From Felis catus (Eukaryota), in NCBI RefSeq assembly GCF_018350175.1, contig NC_058368.1, forward strand, positions 180,732,001 through 180,796,000: a stretch of 64,000 bases of DNA, given 5' to 3'. Each line of letters begins with the position of its first letter. Positions within the stretch are counted from its first letter, which is position 1. A program made the translations under genes and the position numbers. The notes below the pieces were generated by a model that did not search any database, was not told the DNA's origin, and was given only the letters and a program-made list of their open reading frames with translations. Of the stretch, positions 55,151 through 64,000 are shown in pieces.

Positions 55151-55389
55151 CTATGAAGTATGCCAGCAGAATCGCCAAAAGGAGGGCTGCGGCGATGGCG
55201 GACAGGGCGGCACATTTCCAGCTGCAGTATTTGGAGGGCTTCTTCAGCTTGAAGGCCTTCCTGGAGAAGGTATTCCGGGGCAGCAGGCGGGGTGGTGGCG
55301 TGTAAACGGTTCCTGAGGTCAAAGGGTATCCCGGAGAAGAGCTGCTAAACAGGGGTGTGCTTCCCGAGGAGGTTTTAAAGAGAAAGTGC
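55151..55389 (-). CDS. TENM2: Teneurin-2 internal coding exon (C-terminal part of intracellular domain, basic [12 protein letters not shown] segment and transmembrane helix)
   Basis: Minus strand reads ...TGCTAACTCTTTCCTTTTTCTTGCCAG|G CAC TTT CTC... through ...TAC TTC ATA G|GTAAGT. Translation is [79 protein letters not shown], recognised as vertebrate teneurin-2. Length 239 nt = 1 + 79 codons + 1 (phase 2 in, phase 1 out). Confidence 0.97.
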
Positions 55390-55416
55390 CTGGCAAGAAA
55401 AAGGAAAGAGTTAGCA
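55390..55416 (-). promoter_or_regulatory. Branch point (TGCTAAC), polypyrimidine tract and 3' splice site of the TM exon
   Basis: Minus strand TGCTAAC at 55416-55410, followed by TCTTTCCTTTTTCTTGCCAG. Confidence 0.8.
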
Positions 55417-55460
55417 TGGACATGGGTGGCTCCTGGAGAACATAGACCTGCTTTTTCTTT

Positions 55461-55686
55461 TTTTTTTTTTTAATTTTTTTTTTCAACGTTTATTTATTTT
55501 TGGGACAGAGAGAGACAGAGCATGAATGGGGGAGGGGCAGAGAGAGAGGGAGACACAGAACCGGAAACAGGCTCCAGGCTCCGAGCCGTCAGCCCAGAGC
55601 CTGACGCGGGGCTCGAACTCACGGACCGCGAGATCGTGACCTGGCTGAAGTCAGACGCTTAACCGACTGCGCCACCCAGGCGCCCC
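55461..55686 (-). mobile_element. Young SINEC_Fc-type Can-SINE just upstream of the TM exon acceptor
   Basis: CpG-retaining and nearly identical to the copy at 44969-45193. Perfect 16-bp TSD gacctgctttttcttt (55445-55460 / 55687-55702). Confidence 0.97.
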
Positions 55687-55915
55687 GACCTGCTTTTTCT
55701 TTCACTCTGCTTTATCTAGTTCTATACAGTCCTAGTTAACTGCTCTACTTTGTCATGGAAAAAGGGGCAAAGATTGCATCTGATAGTGACATAAATTAAT
55801 TCCATAGAGTCACATCATTTATGCATTCCATATGCATCTAGATTTTACCTTCCACAACAATCCTGAAAAGTATTCAAAGCAAATATGGAAAGTGAGTTAC
55901 CGTTTGTAACTTGGA

Positions 55916-55957
<42 letters not shown>
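55916..55957. repeat. (GAT)14 microsatellite
   Basis: Read directly from the sequence. Confidence 0.95.
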
Positions 55958-56004
55958 ACTAAACAGTATCAGGTACTAGAACCTGCTATTTAAAGGCACT
56001 TGAA

Positions 56005-56137
56005 GGGTGCCTGGTTTGTTGGGTTAAGGTTGGTTAAGTTTAAGCATCTGACGCTCGATTTGGGGTCAGGATCTCATGGTTCATGGGATCAAGCCCCTCA
56101 TCAGGCTCTGGGCTGGTATCATGGAGCCTGCCTGGGA

Positions 56138-56188
<51 letters not shown>

Positions 56189-56250
56189 TGCCCTCTGTCC
56201 CATGCTCAAGCACACACATGTGTGCTCTCTCTGAAAATAAATAAAGATTC
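56005..56250 (+). mobile_element. Older Can-SINE with expanded (CT)n
   Basis: Head gggtgcctgg, tail aaataaataaa. TSD aaaggcacttgaa (55992-56004) / aaagacacttgaa (56251-56263). Confidence 0.9.
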
Positions 56251-57589
56251 AAAGACACTTGAAATAATACTGTCACAACAACTTAGAAACTAAATATTAA
56301 AATATTTAAGATATGAGAAATCAGGCTGGAAGAATTCAAGCAACTGTCCAAGGATGTGAACCCTGAGCGCTGCCTCATGCTAAAGTGTGTACTCTTCAGT
56401 GTTACTCTAAACTACCTATCTTGAGCCTTCTTCCTGGGCTGTTTGCCCTCCTCCATCTTGCTTCCTGTTCTGAGACTGCCTCTCTAGGTCATGTGATGTT
56501 TTTCCTTTGGGAACATCTTTGCCTGGCAATTAAACAAGGTGCCCTTGGTCTCTAGGACTATGGTGTGACAAGAGGGTAATGGGGTCTACTGTTGACACCT
56601 AATATAACCCTTCTTCAGGGTCAGGAGACTGTCACTCCAAGGACATTTCAAGGACCATAAATTCTCTGACAGATTCTTCTCTCTTGTGTGTGCCATTTAT
56701 AAACTTCAAATGTGACTTGCCACACCTTATTTAAAATGATGACTGTCTTCCAGGAAATCTATAGTGAACTTTAAAGCATGGATTAAGTAGTGTCTAGAGT
56801 CTGAGCAGCTGGAAGCTGTGTCTTCTTTTATACCTTGTTCATTTTTATGTTCCCAGTAACCAACTCAAAGCTCCACATGCAAGGGGCTTGAATGAATGAA
56901 TGAATGAATGAATGGAGTTTCCTCATTTTTTTGTAAACTTAAGATCCTAAGATTCCAAAACGTTATGCAGGTATTTCCTTTCAAGTCTTCAGTAGGTGAC
57001 CACATACTATGTGTCAATTACAATGGTAAACGTTTTATTTGCATGCAACCTCACATCAACCCTATATTATTACCATAGTTTTACAAATGAGAACACTGAA
57101 GCTGGAAGTTAGCAAGCAGGGTCATCAGGGCTAAAACTCCAGTCTGCCTGGCTCTCAATGCTCCAGTTGGACCTACTACACCACACTACCCCCTGCATAT
57201 GGGGCTTAGCAAGCTACCCTGGTAGGATTCTGAGGCAAGATCAGAGTTATTACAAATATTTGTGTCTTGGATGCTTCCAGATAAATCCGTGAAAGTATTT
57301 TAATCTTTGACAAAGATCACACAAGACTGATATGATTGACAATGATGTCAGAAAATGAGTGTCTGATTAGTGAACTATTTAATATAGCCAACATTAAAGC
57401 AAACAACTGACATTTAAACTTTATTTGTAGTATAAGTATGTTTGATGATCTGAGTAAAGGCAAGAGGTTGGATTCCATAAATAAACTTTTGTATTCCTTA
57501 TCCAATAGCACTCTTTTAATGCTCCAGATTAAAAGCGTCTTCTAGAAGAGGTGGCAAGTGGGCAGGGTTTAGAAGCAGTGTTTGGCAGC

Positions 57590-57830
57590 AGTGTTCGCCT
57601 GGACTGGAATCTCAGCAGTGCCATTATTGGACAAGTAAGCTCACACAAGGTACCTAATGCTGCTCTTAAAAGCCTCCATCTCCTCACTTGTAACATGGGG
57701 TAAGAGCAGCAGAGGTACCTCATGTCACAGAGTAGACTGTTGTAAGGGTTACACAAGATCATGTAGGAAAAGCACTTAACCAAGGGTGTGTCACATAGTA
57801 AGTGCTCAATGCATGATGAGTAGCTTTTAT
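57590..57830 (+). mobile_element. MIR SINE
   Basis: cctccatctcctcacttgtaacatggggtaa...gttgtaagggttacacaagatcatgtaggaaaagcactta...cacatagtaagtgctcaat. Confidence 0.65.
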
Positions 57831-58169
57831 TATTAATTCTCAGAGCAACATAAGGAGCCTGAAACATGAATTTTAATTTAAAGCCTGACAAATGTCGAAC
57901 AAACACCTGAAGAGTTCTCTAAATCACTAAATAATAGTCCACTGCCTTACAATTAAGCTAGAACATATGCCCACCAGAAAGCCAGGGGGATGGGAAAATG
58001 CTGGAATTTGATTTAGAACTAGCTCAAATGTACTTCTTGAACAACTTTCCAAGAGTGGGTAGTGAAAACTGGAAATCAAACTAAAACCAAGGAATATAAA
58101 TATATCTCAAGCTGTTATTGATAAATATTTAGAAATATGGGAACACCAGTTCTCAGCCCTACAGAGATC

Positions 58170-58940
58170 TTACCCATTTCCATGGCTTCAGGCATCACCA
58201 ATATGACTCAAGTCTCTGGGTCTCCATTTCCAACAAGTTTCCTTCCTGAGGTCCAGATTCATATTCCACTTGTACACTGGGCATCTCTCTATCTCTACAT
58301 CCCACAGCTGTACTGAACAAGTTACAGCCAAGCACAGACTCTTTACCTTCTCCTCCCCATTCAGATTCCTCCTGCAATCCTGTTATTCCCAGGTTCCTGA
58401 GAGACTGTAGCCATTTTTCACCTCCTCCCTTCCCCTCACCTTCTCCCATACAATGGGTGAAAGAATCCTATCAAGTTTACTTCTGAAAACTTCTCCCACC
58501 AACCTTCCCCTTCAATCCTCCTGCTAGCTTTTTCCCCAAACCACAAATGTCATTGTGCTCTGGCTTATAAATCCCTGATGATCCTCCAAAGCCTATAAGA
58601 AGAAATCCAAATCTGAATATGGGACCACACTCTTTGCAACAACTACCCAACTTTTACCCTTGTCTCTATCCCTGTGCTTCCAGCTCCCAAAACCTATGCT
58701 TCAGTCATGCCAAAAGACACCTCCTTCCTTAACCAGCCTGTTCATGTTGCCATGCCTTTGTGAATGATGCACAAGGCTTTCAGGAATGGCTGTGCCTCTG
58801 CTTCCCCACCCATCACACCCCAGCCAACTCCTACTCACCTTCCAAACACCTATTTTGGAAGCATATTCCAAAAGCACCCCCACCCCATCCTCTATCACTT
58901 TTTGCACTCAAGTATCTATCATCTACTTGGAGATTACATA
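58170..58940 (+). mobile_element. Degenerate L2 LINE segment
   Basis: ccatggcttcaggcatcacc...cctgaggtccagattcatattccacttgtacactgggcatctc...gcctataagaagaaatccaaa are L2-type motifs. Confidence 0.55.
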
Positions 58941-58943
<3 letters not shown>

Positions 58944-58984
<41 letters not shown>

Positions 58985-59397
58985 CTATATATAACTATAT
59001 ATAGTTATTTATATATATATATATAACTATATATATAATTATATATAGTTATATATATATATTTATACATATAAACTATAAATATATATATAAACTATAA
59101 ATATATATATTTATATATAGTTATATTATAGTTTTATATAGTTATATATATATAGTTATATATATAGCTATATATATAGTTTATATATATTTATATATAT
59201 AAACTATAAATATATATATAAACTATAAATATATATATAAACTATATATATTATATATATTTATATATAGTTATTTATAGAGTTATATATATAGTATATA
59301 TATAGTTATGTATATAGTTATATATATATAGTTATATATATATAGTTATAACTATATATATATAACTATATAAACTCTCTCTATATATAGAGTTTAT
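58944..59397. repeat. AT-rich (TA)n-derived low-complexity block with mirrored AACTATA/TATAGTT units
   Basis: Read directly from the sequence; ~450 bp, almost only A/T. Confidence 0.95.
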
Positions 59398-59659
59398 CCC
59401 AGTGCCTGGCACCTGAGTATCAGTCATGTTTGTGGACAAAATCAGTAAATGGGAAACAATGTTTTGGCAACATAAGAGAAATCACAAGAAGAAGATTAAG
59501 AAGTTTTAATTGCTTTAATGTTATTTTTAATGTACTCATCTGTAAGAAATAATAGAGGGATAGGATTATTATTTTCTTTGTATGGGATTCCTTCCTGAGA
59601 TCCTAAAATTGTCTCCTTGACAACACAGTCTATTTTCCACACTTCTTTCTAAAGAGGAA

Positions 59660-60245
59660 GTCAGATTGTGTCACATGTCACTATTCTCCCACCCCCTCCC
59701 CCCAATCAATCAATCAGTCAAGGCTTCCAATAATACTAAAAATGAAATCAGAAGTCCTTGCCATGGCCCACCTTCTGCCATGATCTGCCTTCCAGTGGCC
59801 TTTCCAGTTGTACCTTCTGCCACTTTAGCCCCTCTCTCCCACTCCATCAGGTACACTTACTTGATATTCCACCTCATATCACACCTAACACATTTTCACC
59901 TAAGGGCCTTTGCACCTGCTGTCCCCTCTGCCTGGAAATAACCTGCACAGCTTGTTTCTCCACATCATTCACCACTCTGCTCCCATGTCACTTGCCCAGG
60001 GAGATCTTCTCAGCCCCCCCCCCCCCACCTTCCTTCTCTGTCATTCTCCATCCTATTATAACTGCTTTTTCTCAATTATGTATGTGTTTGTATGTTATTT
60101 ATTATCTATCTCCACCATTAGATCTGAAATATGAAGTTTAAAGTAAACAGATATTTTGTAAAATTTGTTTACCATCGTATCCTAACATTTAGAATAGAGC
60201 CTGGCACATAGTGAGTACTCAACAAATCTTTGTTAAATGAATGAC
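59660..60245 (+). mobile_element. L2 (L2a-like) 3' end
   Basis: agggcctttgcacctgctgtcccctctgcctggaa...tagaatagagcctggcacatagtgagtactcaacaaatc...aatgaatga. Confidence 0.8.
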
Positions 60246-60999
60246 CTACAACCTTTCCAAGGCCAAAACAATGAATGTTAACAGGACAGCACTGTGAACA
60301 TTTTCAATTTTAAAATTAGGATTCTTTCTGCCATGCTGACTTCTGTTTTCCAGACTTACAAGTTTGCATATATGCATATAGGCAGATGTTTATGTTTATA
60401 CATACAAGGCCATTTCACCATAGGAAAACAAAGACAAAAACACCATATACTTTTCAGCACTGCATTAATCCTAGCAGAATAGAGCTCTCTTTGATATCGT
60501 GGTGTCGGTGATGATCACTGCTAAATGAAACTCATTTTGTTATTGCATCCCCCCCTCCCCCCCCCGCTTTTTTCCTAGTTTCTGGTGCTTAAAGTGATTA
60601 AACCAAAGTACCAAAGATATGTAGGCTCCTGTTTCTCCACAACACAGCTACACTCCAAATCTTTAGAAGGTTAAATTCAGCAAACAAATAAAAAAAGAGA
60701 TTCTAAAGACATGATCTTCAGATTGTGTCCCATAAATACCTCCTTTGTGATCACTTGAGTGCTGTGTTAGAAAAGTACAACTTTCGAGGCTCCATCCAGA
60801 CCTAGGGCTAGAGTCTGAGAGGTATCAAATAGCTCTGTATGTGATTCTAATGTATCTTAAAGTTTAGGAAACTCCCCTCTACCCATTGTGCACCTTTCAA
60901 ATGTGTCTGATGGCTAGTAGATATATCTTTTTAAATGTGATACATCTAGAGAACATACTAGATGGTTAGTAGATGTATCTTTTTTAAATGTGAATTTTG

Positions 61000-61214
61000 A
61001 ATGCTGACATCTTTAGGGGTAAAGTGTCAGGAAGTCTACAACTTACTTTCAAATGATTGTGCAAAAAATCTCTGTCTCTCTCTTTACAGATAGATGAGGC
61101 AAATGTGGCAAAATGACAGCAATTGTTGAAACCAGATGGTTATTCTTACGTTGTACTATTCTCCCAACTTTTCTGTCTGTTTGAAAATTTTCATAATCAC
61201 CAAGTTGAAAAAAT
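61000..61214 (+). mobile_element. Ancient L1 (L1MC-like) 3' UTR end
   Basis: tttaggggtaaagtgtc...tctacaacttactttcaaatg...gcaaatgtggcaaaatg...tgtactattctcccaacttttctgtctgtttgaaaattttcataat. Confidence 0.75.
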
Positions 61215-63691
61215 GAAAGCTTTGATTCACCAAGGATTGCTGTCACATGCTGCAGGAAAAAAAAAAGATAAATAAAATGAAGCAAGACCCACAAGGTAAT
61301 GGTCTGGCCAGATGGTCACTGGGAGGACCAAGAAGGCTTAGGGGACTTCTCCTGATTTTTCCCTGAACTGGCTATTAAGACAGCTTTTCCCCCTCAGGGG
61401 CCTGCTCAGTATGCTCCGATGAATCATTTGTGATGCCCCAACTGAACTTCTTCCCAGCGGTCGGTCATGGAAGTAGCTCAGCTCAGGACTCCAGGCGTCA
61501 GCAAAAATGTGTAGTTTCCAAATGCACTTGACATTTTTCAAGCACAACTCAATTGCTCTCAGAATTGGCCACTTGTGCCTCAGAAAGGAAAGGCAAATGA
61601 GGGGCCCCCAAAGTGCTGTCCTTGGAGTTTGCTAACACTCAAAGGGATAGAGAAAACCGGTCCTTGATGTGTTACAAAAAATAAACGAAGAGCTTACACA
61701 CTTCTTCCTTTCCTAGCCATGTGGTTATCAGGGCTTCAAGTCATAGCACCCAGCATCCTTCCTGCCACAGGTTAGGGGCTCAGAATGCCCATGGAATTGA
61801 ATAGTAATGCTAAGGAAGGATTGTGGCTCTGTGTCCTCATCTCTGTACACTAGACTCCAGTGAGTTCTTAAGAATAGAGTGATCATCACTTCACCTGAAA
61901 CTATCTTTTGATAAATGTCACTTTTCCTCATGTGAAAAAAAACCATTAAAAAAAAAAAAACTGAAAGAGACAGAGAAAGCGAGCATACCTAACAGCTATT
62001 CTCCCATGCATTTTACATGGCAGCATCTTGGCAAACCAGGATTTTGCTTCAAATTGGCTTAGAAAATTAAGGGCATACGTTTTCTCTGATTAAATGACCA
62101 TGGAAAAATTTAAAAAGAAGTCTAACAAACAAGAAACTCATGCATAGCATCCATGCAAAAAGGAGCCCATCAAGTCAAAATGCTGTGAATTTTTATTTTA
62201 TTCTTATGATACAGAAGGGGCTTGACTCATCTAGAGAAGCGTTGAGAAGTAGTAGCTGGTTAAACTACTTGAGACTCCAACAGAAGATTTCTTTTCCTTT
62301 TTCTCTGAGTCAATCACAAGTAAACTCACTCATTAACCTCAAACCCTGCTAAAGAAGGAAACAAACAAACATAGAAAATCCCTCAACACCAAGTACCATT
62401 TTTCAGGTTGCAATCAGTGGGATCCTCAGAGGCAGTCTCCCTATTTTCGATTGGTTTGGCTTTATTCCCAGGGGGAAATCCCAGCAAGGCTTTGAAACAG
62501 AAATGCACTACACAGATAATTGCACTGCCTTAACTCCAAAGGTCAAGTTTTTGTCCCTACCCCCATCCCTCTCTGTTCTCCTCTCAATCTGTTTCCCACT
62601 ATTTCCTCACAGTGCACCATTCAGCTAACCACCACAACTAATGGCTAACAGTACAGATGAGTTCTCTCTTGTTCATGAAGTCAGCTGCAGGAAACATTCT
62701 CCTTGAAATCAAGCAAAACTATTGAATGGCCTCAACATAGTGCCGTGTGCAAAAAAGCAGAGCTAGTTATCAGAGAAACCAGGTGTTGACTGTTGTTCTA
62801 CCGAGAAAATTGACCTCCCCAGTAAATAAACTCACAGGTATTCAGAGTAGTGGATGAAAATATTGATACACAGCCCATTAATCCCTAAAAGATTTTTAAT
62901 ATCATACATGCAGTTGCTGAAATTTGATAAAAAGCCAGAGAAAGGATAGAAGCAGAGATGCACCTGGAGTGGGGATGGGGTGATCAGTGAGGGAGATCAG
63001 GTGTGCACTGGAAAATGGGAGATTTCATCACATTTTACTGGTCCTGGCTCTGCCCTTTGAAGCATCAGGTTTATTGTCTCTAAAGGAGTAAGTTTAATAA
63101 AGAGGCAGCCCATAAAGGGTACTGTAGCATGTAAAGTTACTGTAATTAGGTTTTCAGGAGTTATAATAAAACATTTAGCTGGAGAGAGGTTAAATAACCA
63201 CCACACTTTCTCGCATCATTATTATACTCTCCACTACAAGAAGGAATGATGGTGGTAGAAGGGAAACTCAATGGGTGGACTCCTGAGAGAGACATGGGGT
63301 ATTGAGAGACAGAGACAGAGAGAGGGAGAGAGAGAAGCATACATGATGGGATGGAAAAAGCAAGAGAGATAATGAGAAAGATGATATTGGATACTGTACT
63401 GTTCAACCACTTCTTGAATAGCAAAACTAAGTTATTTTAAGTGTTCTGTCTTTATTTTCCTGTTTGCAAATATAAAATGTGCACATTATAAAAAATCAAA
63501 TACATAAATTAAAAAATAGAAAAATTTTATATACATGTGAGACAGACTGGTAAACATTTTATGTCAGATGCTTTCCCTACATTTAAACATTCCTTTTTCT
63601 TATTACTTTTGACATGAATAGGATCATATCAAGGAGGCAGTATTAAGTGTGCATATTCTGAACTTGGACAGCCAGGATTTAGATCCTGGCT

Positions 63692-63762
63692 TTTTTTTTT
63701 TTTTTTTTTTTTTGAGAGAGAGACAGAGAGACAGAGAGAGAGGACAAGCAGGTAAGGGGCAA

Positions 63763-63830
<68 letters not shown>

Positions 63831-63951
63831 ATCCCAAGCAGGTTCTGTACTGTCTGGCAGAGCCCAACGCTGGGCCTGATCTCATGACTGTGAGATCATG
63901 ACCTGAGCCAAAATCAAGATTTGGATACTTAACTGAGCCACCCAGGTGTCC
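63692..63951 (-). mobile_element. Can-SINE with long (GA)n, inserted into a MIR
   Basis: Poly-T, reverse head gagccacccaggtgtccc, short TSD cctggct (63685-63691 / 63952-63958). MIR head on the left and actgggtaagttactt on the right. Confidence 0.9.
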
Positions 63952-64000
63952 CCTGGCTCCTATTCTTATCACTGTATGACACTGGGTAAGTTACTTATCC

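Noticed and set aside
55600..55686. tRNA-like A/B boxes as tRNA genes
   Set aside because: They are tRNA-derived Can-SINE heads attached to SINE bodies with TSDs.

Overview
Mammalian genomic DNA, almost certainly felid (many feliform Can-SINEs, two matching the young SINEC_Fc type). The whole window lies inside the teneurin-2 gene (TENM2/ODZ2) on the minus strand. Two coding exons are present. The first is a 239-bp exon at 55151-55389 (end of the intracellular domain plus most of the transmembrane helix). The second is a 123-bp phase-1/phase-1 exon at 3678-3800, and a 51,350-bp intron separates them. The rest is intronic: 10 Can-SINEs (most with visible target-site duplications), old MIR/L2/L1M/MaLR/hAT/TcMar relics, microsatellites, one ~450-bp AT-rich quasi-palindromic block and several motif-dense repeat-free stretches that may be enhancers. 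I found no convincing novel biological system. The best leads are splicing-related: an in-frame skippable exon, a 159-codon open read-through past its donor, and a young SINE 71 nt from the acceptor of the transmembrane exon. Repeat family names come from recalled consensus sequences, not from a search, and old-repeat boundaries are approximate.
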